Assembly: GCF_009834535.1 (NCBI RefSeq)
Contig: NC_045696.1
Coordinates: 38,380,001-38,444,000, forward strand
Reading direction: 5' to 3'
From: Camelus ferus
Lineage: Eukaryota
DNA length: 64,000 bases
Shown here: piece after piece, positions 37,586 through 50,351 of the stretch
How the letters are laid out: every line of letters starts with the position of its first letter
Numbering within the stretch: the stretch's first letter is position 1
The notes under the pieces: generated by a model
Databases searched by the model: none
What the model was told of the DNA's origin: nothing
The model's input: the letters and a program-made list of their open reading frames with translations, nothing else
Translations under genes and position numbers: made by a program

Positions 37586-39589
37586 GTATTAAAATGTATT
37601 AGATAGAATTGAAGCACTACTTTGTCCGCTTCCCTACCCCTACTTTCAGACAGTGGTCTATAGTAGTCTTTTACCTAAATACCTGTGCACATTAGGGAAT
37701 TTTAAGCCTACCACCTGATGAAAAACTGAAGACTGAGCACCTAATATGAAATTTATTATGTAAGATTAAGACATTTTTGAGCTGAAGGAATGGGTTTTGC
37801 TTTAATTTCTATTATTTCTAACTTTAACAAAGTGATTTTATATGTATCTATCTATTTGAGGAAAATATATTTGTAAAATGTGTCTTTGTGTATATTTAAA
37901 CTAAAGAGATATAAATATATTCTATATTTGAGTATTGAGTTTTTACAGCATAGCTATATTTAGAATAGTTTAAAAGCATGTTATTATATACATCTGGTTT
38001 AAATCTGTGAACATTTCATAATGGTACATAAACATATTCAAGGACAAGGATTGATAATGAGATTTACTGACTTCATAAGTGTTGAGGGTACTTGGCCTTC
38101 AACCTCATGCCTTATGATTTTTCTAAACCACTGAATATAACTCAAAAGGAGACTATAACATGTCATGGGTTATGCTGAACAAGACATTTGAATTCTCAGT
38201 GAGACATGTAAGAATAGTCAGCATATTCAGCTTTTTTTTATTGAAAGCTAAAATCATTGGTAAATTCTGGCTTTTTTTAACCCAGTTTTTTTTTTTTAAG
38301 GTTTGAATAATCAAGAATGGTTTAAATGATAAAATGATTGAAAATTGAAAACTGAAAGTTAGTAGTACTTAATTCTATATAAGGGAGGTAGGATAAGCTT
38401 TTGCTTTTGTATTTAAATTTAGACCTATATTGAGAAAAACACGCAAATCTAAGAGAGCCTTTATTATCTGTTAACCAACTTTTAAAATCATAAGTAACTG
38501 AAGGTTAAATTCCTCTATCTCCTAGTATTTTCCTTAAATATATTTCCCTGAGAATATGTACTGTCATAAATAATCATTTACATGAAAATTGATATTCCAG
38601 CAGAAAAAAAGTTCAACTTTCAGATATATTACTAATGTTTCTCATTAAAGCAGTTATGTTTTGGTATTATGAGAACAAAAAATATAGTTTAAGAAGCTAC
38701 AAGATTTTTTAAAAAGATAAGTATTTTTTAAACTTCAAACAGGTTTTATAAAGGAAATCAGGTGATTTAGAAAAATAATAAATTAATAATAAAAGAGAAA
38801 TAAAATATATAAAGGAAAAATATAAAGAAAAGTACAAGCTTTTAAAAATGATGCAAATAATAATTTAAATGATTGGACCATCAAGATTGACATCATTGCT
38901 ATATTTTGTTTCCTGACAGTCAAAGCTAATGATGTGATAATCAGTTACATTATTATCATTACTTTTTTCTGAAGAAGATGCACCAGTTATTAAAAAATTT
39001 TTTTTGAATTAAAAGCATTGATTTCAAAAAACAGAAAAAAATGTTGTGGATGTTAAAATGTTACTTGTAGCTAAATGACCATCTCAGTGAAGATAAAATC
39101 ACATTGGTTCCTTTTTTATAATGCATTTATCATGTGATACTTTTAATAGATTACTTTATATAATGATTATTTGATTAAAATTTATATCTTCACTGACAGA
39201 TTAGAAGATCCTGAGTACCAAAAAATATCTTATATTTTATGTCACATGTCATATGTCAAGCCTGTGTTTATAGTAGATAAAATAAATTTTTTTTAGTAAT
39301 TAATGAATTATCAAAGTTAATGCTAAGAAATACTGCCTAATATTTTAATCACATAGCTGATAAATTAGAAGACTATATGCAGCTAATAAATCTAAAAAGA
39401 AAATACAAAGCAGGCAGTGGTTATTAAATAACATTTGTGGATGTGAATAATGATGTAGATGTGAAAAATATCATTAAAAATGGCACATTTCCCCTTCTGT
39501 CTAATTAAAATTTTGCAATAACAGTGTAACATAAATCTTAAGTTTAGGAATTTGAATTTAGATAACTCAAGTTATGAGGTTAAGGGACA

Positions 39590-39825
39590 ACAGTAATAAC
39601 ACTCATATATATTATTTATGATATATTCAGCAATTTTCTAAGTTCTTCATATGTAGAAACTAACAAACTTCTTTCACAAACCTTTTAAGATGACATCCTT
39701 ACTGTCCTCCTTTTGTGGATACGGCCCCTGCAACATAGGGAGATGAAGGTCACATAGCTCCTAAGTGGCAGAGCCAAGGATTGAATCAAGTCTGATTCCT
39801 GGGTACATACATGTTCTACTCAGGC
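39590..39825 (-). mobile_element. MIR SINE
   Basis: AAGGTCACATAGCTCCTAAGTGGCAGAGCCAAGGATTGAATCAAGTCTGATTCC is the antisense MIR head. Confidence 0.8.
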
Positions 39826-41089
39826 CTTATTCCAGAACTCTAAAATATCTAAACAATTCACTTTCTTTTTTGTATTTAATACTTCAATTTATTTAGATAT
39901 TATTCAATTTCTAGGACTGCTGGGAGTAACAAACTTAAATTGTTGACCTAACTTTTGACTTTGTAGGATTACTTTAATCTTCTTGCTTTTTTATATTATC
40001 TCTCTTAAAGTAATGTAGTAAGTGGGCATCACAATTTATGAGAGAGAAAAAAACAAAAACAAAAACAATTCCAAGCGAAGTATGGAAAGATAAAACAAAG
40101 GGATCTGAGTAGATTTTAAATCTGAATCAGTTTATGACATGTGGTTATAGTCTACTATGTGAAATATCTTTGCCTAAGTTATGATGAAAAAATAGTTGCA
40201 TCTCTAACATTGTTTCTAGGATGCTTATGATAAAGAAGTCAGTAGAGTGGGAAAAGATTTTTTTTTTTATAAATCTACAAAAGAAAGAGGGTATCTGGAA
40301 CACCTTGGGGGCTACATCATAATTTATAACTGTGCAACCTACTTTATCTATCAAGAGAATAGAGATATAATTGTCATGCCGTTCTGTCCATCATTGGTGA
40401 ATATGTTAGCTGCTGTTTGATGATTGCTAACAAATTGGTGGCTTCTGCTGTCAGCATTAGTATCAGAGTGCAGGTCTATTATATTCTCATTAACATAATG
40501 ATAAAATTAACATTAAGGAAATACTTTCAGTGAGAAGTTATGAGATTCTGTGCAATTAAGCATGTAACAATATGGACAGAAATTTTGCAGAAGGCTGTAT
40601 AATAATAGATTAAAAATAAAAATATTTGTAGAAGTAGTCAGTGACCTGAGACTTTAGATTGTTGATTGCTGGCTTGTTGATATGTTAATGTAAAGTAATT
40701 ATTCCAGTGAACTGAAGCTGAAAGTCAACATGTATAGTCATTAATTTAGTTTAAGATTTCTTACTGTTAATCATAGTTTGGGTATCTATTTTCAGCATAC
40801 TGATCCACAACTTTCCCATCATGCTTTGCCAACCATAAAATTTAAATATTCTTTCCTGTCAACTTTCTGATTTCTAACTAGAAGATGCTTTTCTGATCAT
40901 TTAAAATCATAAACACTTGTTTGTCTTTAAAACTAAGAATAGATTTTTGTCAGAAACCTATTTAACATTGCATATAATTTGGGTTTTGGTATCACAAATA
41001 TATTCACAATTTTTTTCTGTCAAATTATTCATTTCTTAAAGTATTAGCTATTTCTTAATGAGTATCTCTTACTAATTATATAGTGCATT

Positions 41090-41505
41090 ATGTCAGAAAC
41101 AATAGTATGTGCTCATCAAAGCTCTCTTTCTTTAATTCTTTGTCACCCAGTTGGATGAAATTTTCCAGCATACCTTGTAGCTGGGTAGGGTCAATATGAC
41201 TTAGTTCTGGCCACTAAGAATGAAGTTTAAAATGATAAATGCACTTCCAGGCCTGACCCATTAAATGTCCTTCCATATCTGCCAAGCCCTCTCCCATCTT
41301 TCTTCTCACTCCCTAATGATGGCAATCCAGTGGAAAACTCCAAGACCTCTAGGGTATGGAGAAGCATAAGATGGAGTGCTATATGGAGCTGAGTCCCTTT
41401 ACTAACTGTATTGAACTATAAAGTGGGCAATAATAAAATAAGTGAGTTAATAAACCTATACTTAATGAAATTTGGGGGTTCTTTTTTGCAGATGTTGGCC
41501 TAATA
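41090..41505 (+). mobile_element. old MaLR solo LTR (MLT1H/J-like)
   Basis: TTTCCAGCATACCTTGTAGCTGGGTAGGG...ATATGACTTAGTTCTGGCCA...CACTTCCAGGCCTG and AATAAACCTATACTTAATGAAATTTGGGGGTT. Confidence 0.7.
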
Positions 41506-41732
41506 TGTCTGAGATTAGGAACATATTGAAAGTTAGAGAAAATTAAGAACAAAAGGGTCTCCCACGGTGTATATGCATATATTTGTAGGTGGCAAGCTAA
41601 AATTCACTATAGTATGGCATAGTTTATGGTGACACAATCATATTGGACAAAACAACTGTACTATGAGTATAGGAAGAGCTGGCAAAACAAAAAGCTAATA
41701 ATTAGATGCAAACAGTCATCTAGTGATCAAAG

Positions 41733-41779
<47 letters not shown>
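41733..41779. repeat. (TAGA)n / GATA tetranucleotide microsatellite, 11 full units plus TAG
   Basis: Perfect run read directly. Confidence 0.98.
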
Positions 41780-41939
41780 TATATATAGTCAGTAGCACAG
41801 TGGGGCTTAAAATTTTCTAAGCAGTTTTGATGAATACAAAAGATAGTGAAGAGATCAGTTTTTTATGGGACATAATAGATTTCTTTCTGATTTGCCCAGA
41901 AAATAACAAAGATAAATAAAAATGACAACAATCATTTAA

Positions 41940-42095
41940 ATGCTTCCCAGGTTCCAGAGTAATCCAGGACCCAGTATAAATATTATTTAATGCCCATAAC
42001 TGATTTTAGTGATGGGAAACAAAGTCAAAGAGGCTAGTTAACTTGCTCATATCACATAACTTTTAAGTAATAAGCTTGCGGTTTACCCCCAAGCC
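41940..42095 (-). mobile_element. MIR fragment
   Basis: ATTTTAGTGATGGGAAACAAAGTCAAAGAGGCTAGTTAACTTGCTCATATCACATAACT. Confidence 0.65.
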
Positions 42096-42515
42096 CGACC
42101 TATTCTAGATATAGCACATTGTTCACTGTGCTATGGGAGACAATGGAGGTAGTAAGAAGGAACCAGGGGAGATAAATGATATAACCAAAGGCACATGTTC
42201 CAAATATTTTCATGAAATTTTGAGTTGTTATTCTTAACATGCTCAATGATATATGCCAAGTATTACTTTTTTTTCTACTTTTCTGTTTCAATTGAAGTAT
42301 TTATATATTTTAGACATTACTTATAATTCTCTATCCTTATTCTACAATTTTATCAGCTTCAAAATATAACTGCTACTTCAAAAAAACCTTCTTCTAAGTA
42401 AAATATCCAGGTTACTGCACATGTTTGCCTATCTTTTATCTCTTTTGCAGTCTGTCAGCATATTAATTTTGCTAAAACAATACATTAGTTTTCTACTTAA
42501 AACTACGGATGCTGT

Positions 42516-42665
42516 GGTGAAAGGATATAGTTCAGTGGCAGAGTGCATGCCTAGCATGCATGAGGTCTGGGTTCAATCCCCAGTACCTCTATTAAAAATA
42601 AATAAATAAGCCTAATTACCCCCCCTCGAAAAAAAGCAAAACAAAAACAAACAAACAAAATAAAA
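42516..42665 (+). mobile_element. camelid tRNA-Ala-derived SINE (vic-1-like)
   Basis: GGATATAGTTCAGTGGCAGAGTGCATGCCTAGCATGCATGAGGTCTGGGTTCAATCCCCAGTACCTCTATTAAAAATAAATAAATAAGCCTAATTACCCCCCTCG followed by an A-rich tail. Confidence 0.92.
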
Positions 42666-42689
42666 CCTTTACACATGCACATGAATGTG

Positions 42690-43415
42690 TTATATGGAAA
42701 GGGAAGCATTTCGTAAGGTAAGGAAAAGGTGCATTTTTCAGTGAATGCTTAGAGACTACTAGGTAGACACCTAAAAATATAGTTCTATTTGCATATCACA
42801 CTTTACATTAGAGAAAATTCCAGGTGGAATAAATACTAAAATAAAAATAAATATAAAAAATTAAATCATAAAGAAATAGAGGAAATCAAAGGAAAATTTT
42901 TTTCAGTAGTCTCAGATTATGGAAAACTTTCTGACATTGAAATAATAACCAGAGGCTATAAAATAGAAGATAAATTTGATGACATGCAAATTTAAAAAAA
43001 AATTTGTCTAAAACCACTATAAGCAAAAGCAAGCAAAAAACTGGGAAAATATCTGAAGCTTATTTCACAAACCAAAGACCAATTTCCCAAATATGCAGTT
43101 TCTAAAATCAATAAGGAAGCCATTAGAAATCCAATAGAAAAATAGGCAGAAAATATGAAGAGATAACTCATGGGAAATGAAATACAATCGACTATTAAAG
43201 ACAGAAAGCAGCACTCAAAATTGTTCACAATCAGGTAAATATATGCATAAATTATATATTCAAATATATTTTTCACCTGTTATTTTGGCAGAAAACAAAA
43301 TGTTTGTTAGCACACTGGGTTTGTAAGAATGCAGAGAAACTGGTACCATCCCACACTGTTAGTGGAGTTATAAAGTGTGATATAGCTTTAATGAGGGTCA
43401 TTTGGCAGTATATTT
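42690..43415 (+). mobile_element. old L1 (L1ME-like) ORF2 3' fragment
   Basis: AAAATTCCAGGTGGAATAAA, AATCCAATAGAAAAATAGGCAGAAAATATGAAGAGATAACTCA and CACACTGTTAGTGGAGTTATAAA are L1 ORF2 C-terminal motifs. Confidence 0.75.
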
Positions 43416-43419
43416 TGAA

Positions 43420-43866
43420 ATAAGCCAAAAAGTGGAAACAACTGAAATGCAAGTCAGCTGATGAATTGAAAAACAGTGTGGTATGTCCATAATATGGCAT
43501 ATTATCCAGTAAAAAAGGAATGAAGAACTGATAATATGCAAAAACATGGATGAACCTCCAAGTTAATATGCTTACTGAAAGAAATGGTCATAAAAGACCA
43601 TTTGTTGTTCAATCCCATTTATATTAAATGTCCAGAATAGTCAAATCTGTAGACACAGAAAGTAAATTAGGGGTTTTTTAGGGCTGGAGTGAGAGGGGAA
43701 TAGGGAGAGATTGTTAATGCATATGAGATTTCTTTTGGATGATGATGATGTTGTAAATTGGATTGTGGTGATTGTTCCACAACTTTGTAAATATACTAAA
43801 AACTAATACTGAACTACACAGTTAATTTGGGTGAACTTTATGGTATGTAAATTATATCTCAATAAA
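43420..43866 (+). mobile_element. L1MB-like 3' end
   Basis: AGCCAAAAAGTGGAAACAAC, ACATGGATGAACCTC, AATGTCCAGAATAGTCAAATC and terminal TGGGTGAACTTTATGGTATGTAAATTATATCTCAATAAA. Confidence 0.9.
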
Positions 43867-43909
43867 TGAATGTATAACTTCCACATTGTTTACAGGATAA
43901 AGTCTTTAG

Positions 43910-44200
43910 TTCATTCAAATAGTACTTTAGGACTTCTAAGACTTCTGTTCTAAGTACTGTGTTAATCACTTAGAATACACAGTAACTGAGACATAGTCAC
44001 TGGCTTGAAAGGACTAACTGCCAAAATAGGTAGAAAAACATAAAGCTACATTATAAGTTATATAATAAAGGAACATACACAATACTTGGAACTAGAGAGT
44101 TAGAAAAACTTCCTGGGGAACCTGGGGGAAGGCTTCATAAAAGGAGGTAACATTTTAACTTTCCTGAAAATATTAGAAGAATTTTTCCAGGTATTGAGCA
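43910..44200 (-). mobile_element. L2 3' end
   Basis: TTCATTCAAATAGTACTTTAGGACTTCT...GGGGGAAGGCTTCATAAAAGGAGGTAACATTTTAACT. Confidence 0.7.
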
Positions 44201-44559
44201 CTGGTGAGGGAATTGAAGTTAAGGCCATAAAAAAGAATAGCTTTGTGGGATTGCAGTGCAATCTGCCTGACGATCTAAGAAGTAAATAGTAATGAACAGA
44301 GCTGCTTGCGCAGCTTCATCTGGGCTTCTCAAACTATTTTTCAAGCTGAGGTCCCTGCTTCCATTCCTGTTCCCTTGCACAACCAAGTCATCTTGGATGA
44401 CACTGTGTTTATGTTTGTCATATACCACTTTCCTCATTGGATTCCTTTGTTCAGGACTGTGTGTTGTTTTATTATTGCCTACTGAATCAAGTCTACTTCT
44501 CTACTTTAACTAAAAGGTCTTTCATAAGCTTAGCCTATTTTCTCTCTCCAGCTCCCATA

Positions 44560-44880
44560 AGGATAATTCTTTGTAATTGGCTGAATCTCATGCCTGTTCC
44601 TGATACAGATTGTTCCAACCCTTATTGCATGCTTTTGATCATGCTGTTTATGCTCTGGAATGCATATCTCCATTCTTATTCAGAGTTCATTTCATGCCTC
44701 TTGTCTTCCATGAGGATTTCCTCAATTCTGACAGATTATGAAGGCTGAATCTCTAGAGAGTAACTAAAGAATATACTTCCTTATTTATCATTTAATGATT
44801 GTTATCTTTTGGTATCCTCATTGTTTTTGTCTATTTTGTTTCCTTAAACAGATTGTAAGTCTTTCAGTCTAGGGATCTCA
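44560..44880 (+). mobile_element. L2 remnant
   Basis: GCTTTTGATCATGCTGTTTATGCTCTGGAATGC and TTTCCTTAAACAGATTGTAAGTCTTT. Confidence 0.6.
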
Positions 44881-46779
44881 CTTTAGTTGCTAGCGGGTCA
44901 TTTCTTTTAAAGTGAAATTATGTGTTGTATATTTTAAACATTTTTATTTTAAAGCTTATATTCTAGCGTTTTCAAATAGAACCACATGATACTTTTCTAA
45001 GTGCCAGAACTATAATTGTACATAAGAGACCTAAGTTTCCCTCACTAAGTTTGGCCTCATTCAAAACATAGCAGGATACCTTTTCTTGTCTCTGAAACCT
45101 TTATAATTCTGACTGGTACTTCCCATATCATGCAGTGCAAACCTTAGTAAATTGCATACTAGGTAAAAGCTGCCATGGTGTTACCCACCACAGGAAGTAG
45201 TAGGAAAGAAATGTTAGTGGAAAGTCAGTGGAGAGCACAGTAGGAAAAGGAACACATGAAAACAATATGCTGGTTATTATCAATAGTTAAAACCAACTGG
45301 ATAGCAAATGTTCCCATTTAAAATCAATCAATGGATGCCAAAATAGCTTAGTCAGCATGAACCATTGATATTTGCAGATTTTTTTCATTCTAAGTCTTGT
45401 ATAGGATTGGACAGGAAATGACACTGAAGGGGCTTCAGGAAATAGTACAACCTTTATTGTATTTATAGACCCTATATGCCTATTTCTTCAAAATATGACT
45501 ACATTGCCAAGAAAGACAGAAAATACATAGGAAAAGAACGTAGTGAGTGGCTCAAAATATACTTATAATGCAACATTATATGACCTCACAGACTCATGAG
45601 ATCTAAGAACTAAAGGGATTACATTTCAGTAAGCCTGTCCTCCACCCATATGCCTCTGGCAAAACTCACCATTTGAGAGGATACAGGCAGAGAATTTACC
45701 ATGTTAGAAGATAGCCTATCCCATTTTTGAGTAGTTTTGTTCTACAATCTGCATTCCCCAAGCTTTACCAAGAAGGATGGAAAAGGTAAACATTAACAAA
45801 CTAATTAGTTTCTGGTGCTGTTCTCACCCTCTTTGGGACTTCGACTTCTCCAAGTACGCCTAGTTATTTCTGGAAATTTCCAAGGGTTAACATGATTGTG
45901 CTGTGAGAACTCTTTTTCACGTCTGCAGTATTGTAGTCAATGTTCTTTCTTGCTCTGGCTTCCAATGTTGATGTCTAAGGCTCTGGTGGACACAGTGTAG
46001 GAGAAATTCCAGTGGCAATTAAGACATTCCTGGGACTAAGCATAGGGCAACCAGAGTGAAAGATGATAGGTCGTAACTATAACTACTTCTTTGTCCTGTT
46101 GCAATTGGTACAATAGTTACAAAGAAGTAACTATTGATTTATTGTCAGCTTTTCCTATTAGAGTATAAGATGATTGAGAACAAGACCTATGATGTATTTT
46201 AGATCACAAATATCTGTTGACTGAGTGAGCAACTCTAAGCCTCTGCCCTCAACCAAAATTACACAATATTCACTTTCCTTTGGGTGAGTTCTTTTTTTTA
46301 ACCCCAGGGAAACCTGGCAGATCAAACATGTAAACAGATCTTTTGCAGTCTAGCTCCTTTGAAGACATACATGGCTCAAATTTAGGGTGAAGGCCACTTT
46401 GGCTTAGGATAGAATCTGGAATAGATTTATAAAGTTAGTTTTGGGATAAAACAAAACTGTCTCCCATGGGCCTAGTTCAGCCAAGTAGAGCTTAACAGAA
46501 TACAACTTCTGCTCTCCCAGGGAAAGGAGAGCAGTGTTAGGGCCTCAAATATACAGCTTCATGAACACTTTCAAGTTAAATTTTAAAGAGACTTGGAAAA
46601 ATTGCTGTCAATATTTCCATTACTTGTAGTGAAAACATGAAGATACTAAGAGCTACTTTTTCAGCTTTTATAAAGCACAGTTTTGTTGTTGTTGTTGTTT
46701 TATACTCGAAAGTGGAAGCAAGGAGCAAAACTGTGAGAAGCAGAGACCTTGGGGATGAGGATCTGAAGATATATAGCAT

Positions 46780-46960
46780 TCATTTACTCGTTAACTGCAG
46801 AATCTTTATTGAGCAAGAACAAGGCATTGTGATGTGCTGACAGCAGTAAACTGGATGGGCAAAGGCTCCTGACCTTATGACACTTATGTGGGCTAGTGGA
46901 GGACAGACAAAAAGTAGTAATTATTCAAATCATTAATGATAGTCGTGATAAATACAAAAG
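46780..46960 (-). mobile_element. L2 3' end
   Basis: ATTCATTTACTCGTTAAC...TTTATTGAGCAAGAACAAGGCATTGTG...GGCTCCTGACCTTATGACACTTA. Confidence 0.65.
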
Positions 46961-47529
46961 TAATCATATACTAACCTAACAGTTTCAACCACAGTCATCA
47001 TTGGCACTCTCTAAGGGCTGGAGTGTAGGGAAGGCATTATGTCAAGAAACATATTTTAGATCAACATAAAATGAAATTCTAGGAGATATTAAGGAACATT
47101 GAAACATTCTGTACTATATTTCTTACTTGGAGTAATGAAAGAGGAAGCTAAATTTTTATTTTAATCTTTATGTATATGGAATACTTTACATGTACACTGC
47201 ATTTTAAGTTAATACTATCCAGTGAAAAAGCTGAAATTATCTTTATGCATAGAGATGAAAGTAACTAAAATATTTGCAAATGGGGGTGGATGATGAGCAC
47301 AGATTACTTAGACATAGTCATGGCAGTACCTCCATGATGGTAATTTGCCACTTACACAACTCTTCAGAGAAAATTCAGATAACTTCCCACAGTTACACAG
47401 CTAAATGGCAGTCAGAAATGAAACTTAACTCCATTTGATTGTTGCCTCTGATTCACTGTCTTTTCAAAAATTACTTTCCATGTTAAACCACATTGTCCCA
47501 TACTTCATTTATTGTTATAATTGTTGTTT

Positions 47530-47640
47530 ATTTGACTTAGAAACCCGGGAATGTTAGATTATCGATGTAAGCCCTTTATTTTACAGAAGAGGAAACTGGA
47601 ATTCAGAGATGATATGACTTGCCCAGAATCTTGCTAAGAT
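47530..47640 (-). mobile_element. MIR/MIR3 core fragment
   Basis: CCCTTTATTTTACAGAAGAGGAAACTGGAATTCAGAGATGATATGACTTGCCCAG. Confidence 0.75.
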
Positions 47641-49943
47641 TAGACTAAAGTCATAATTTGCAAGAAGCACAGCAAAGTATTTGATTGTTATGTATATTTA
47701 TATTTAAACAGTGATTTGTATGCTAGTGAGAGGGCAGTATTTTTCCTATAAATTCTATTATTGGAGATCTTTAGAAAAAGGTATGGGGAATGGAAATGAT
47801 ACCACCTAGTGAGCTTCTACAACTCTTAGTGAATCCCCCAAACTCAGCTGGGAAATAAAGGCTCTGAGTTATATACCTAGAAGTTTTCATCATGAACAGA
47901 CTTTGTTCAGCAGCAATAATAATCTGTTTACAAATGTAGAATTTTCACGTGAAATTTAATTTTTATTCATGAATTTATTCTTTGTATGTCATAAGATATA
48001 TCCTTTGAAATTGAGTTTTTAAGATCTATTATTGTGGTGTTCATTTGTTGTGAGTGAATTTTTTAAAATTGTATGTGACATGTACCTAGTTAAGTACTTG
48101 TTTTCAGCTTTTAACATAATAAGCAATATGTGCTATCATAGCTTCAATTTTCCTGCCAAGTAGAGAATGACAGCTGTGTGGCAATATGTAGTGCATATTT
48201 TCATCTACAGATAAATTGGAAGGAAGGATAAACAGCTTCTGGGTGGGCAGGTCACCATCATTTAAATGAATCGTCAAAATTATATTTTTCCCTGGAAACA
48301 AAAATGTAATTGCTTTTCTGGTTAGATGCAAACTGGAAGGCCTTATTTATATTATTGTAACATACTTTCTCTCAATTTACAACTTTCCCAAGATCCTCTG
48401 GATTTTTTTTTTTTATTTGTGTTACTTCCCTCTATTCAAGCAACATGCACTGATTTCTTAGTAAAGCTACGTATTTGTGTAAATGTTATCCTGAAGGTCA
48501 GAGTTGCTCAGTGCTTAGAATTGTAAGTGAGACCTTGCTCTTCCCTATCCGTCTGATTGGCAAGCAAGCGAATTGAAGCTCTGAGTAGACTGCCACTTAA
48601 GGAAGTTCTCATGGTCACCTTGATTGAGGAAAGGTTAGAGCCCCAGGCTCAGGATTTTAAATGTGCTCTATTTTAACTCAGTTTCAAAGTGAGATAAGAA
48701 ATGCCATTTATTTATTACTTACTGACATCTTTCAATTTTGTATTTTAATCATTAATTGTAATAAATTTGTTCATCTCCAAGAAAGCAGAAGAATGCCTTA
48801 ACTGTATTTCCAGATCATGTTTTAGTGTTACTGCCTGAAACTTAGAAATCCCTCACCAATATTTCATTTTATAATATGTGGTTTCTAAAGATACGGTATT
48901 CATTTAATGATTTGTATGAATAGTAAACAAAGAAGAAATTTTAATTTCTGTCTTTTCCTACTCTCACACAAGTTTGCTTGTGTGTAAGTGATTTTTTGGC
49001 ATTTTATGTGCTAGCATGTCTTTATTTTGAAACTTCCAAAAGGTTACTCTGGGATAATAACTTATGTGAAAACTGTCACTTAATAAAATAGCACAATATT
49101 CATGATTTCTTTGATACTCTGGGTAAATTTAATTCCACTTTGGACTTGAATGATGTTGTTTGCAATTAAAAGAGTATTACAGAAATAAGTCTGTTATCTT
49201 GGTGATCTTTTCCACAATATATAGGCCTATCAGACTAATCACATTGGGACACAAATCACATTTGGGGACATTAGAAAGGGGGAGAAAAGCTAAGTGCTGT
49301 TTCTCTAGAGTTTATTTAGGATTTGAAAATCTTATGTCCAAAGGTAATAATAATTTGTATTGTCCCCTGAGTGCATGAAGAAGTTAACTTTGTATATGAA
49401 GTTCAATCAATGTAATCTAACTTTCTGGCTGAAACAGTATGCCATGGGGGAGTTTCTCTAGATTCCTCGGATGCTTTAATATACATTTTGTAACATTTTT
49501 TTTGCCCAAACAATATTTCATAGGTATTTGTTCAGAGGATTCAGATATGAATTTATGTCTCTTTTATATAGCCTTCTTTATGTAGACCCCTTTCAGTTTT
49601 TTCCTCCTCTTGAAGTTTGCACTGTAGAGTTAATCCCATTGTCTGTCCCCAATTATAGTTACCAGTGACTTACAGGACAGCCTCTGTGTTTCCTTAATGA
49701 TTCATGTGAGAATCATTTTTCTCTCTACTCAGTCATGCTAGTGAACCTCTGAATTCCAACACCCTGATTTTTCTAGCTTATTGTTCTTATAGTTGTAATT
49801 ATAATATACTTGACTTGCTTTTAGTTATTCATTCCAAAAACAGCTCTCAGTTGGAGTCTCCAACTGTCCAGAATAGATATATTTCTAAGTTATTATACTC
49901 TGAAAATTACATGTATAACTATTGTTTGGATTTTTATTTGTCC

Positions 49944-50351
49944 TGTCTCAGGTCAGATTCCCTTAGAAACAGACCCTGAAGCAGCATTTGCATTCAGGAA
50001 ATTTCCTGGGGAGTCCACTAGGGAACAGTACCTGTGAGGGAATGAAGGAAATGTGGTGGACAGAGGGAGAAGTTCACTTGACTTGTAGTTGCAAAAGAGG
50101 CATCACTCAGCCTCACAGGTTGGTTGCTCTGAAGCTAAGTTACCTATTTCAGAGATGTCTATAATTGAGGCTAGGGCATCGCCTGGTCCCCTTCATCAGC
50201 AAGATATCTTGTGTGGGCTGCATCCCCTTTGGTGGAGGGCCAGGGCCAACGAGGTACTCAGCTGTGTTCCATCAGCGGCCAACACTCCTTGCAGCTGATA
50301 CAATGAAGGCCTCCATGGAAGAGGATCTGGGTGGCATGTGTAGTACCTACA
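49944..50351 (-). mobile_element. ERVL solo LTR, LTR16 family
   Basis: TGTCTCAGGTCAGATTCCCTTAGAAACAGACCCTGA start, GAGGGAGAAGTT, and GAGGATCTGGGTGGCA...CTACA end. Confidence 0.8.

Larger units (their letters stand above)
35584..37762 (+). repeat. dispersed direct repeat pair (35584-35677 and 37669-37762)
   Basis: 94 bp ungapped, 89/94 identical, offset 2085 bp. Core ACATTAGGGAATTTTAAGCCTACCACCTGAT. Confidence 0.97.

Noticed and set aside
35584..37762. TRIM/LTR retroelement defined by the 94-bp direct repeats
   Set aside because: There are no TG...CA termini, PBS, PPT or TSD, and the interior contains repeats much older than the ~5% divergence of the pair.
49848..49866. Perfect 9-bp-arm inverted repeat CAGTTGGAG-T-CTCCAACTG
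   Set aside because: The expected count by chance in 64 kb is on the order of 0.2 or more, and there is no supporting context.
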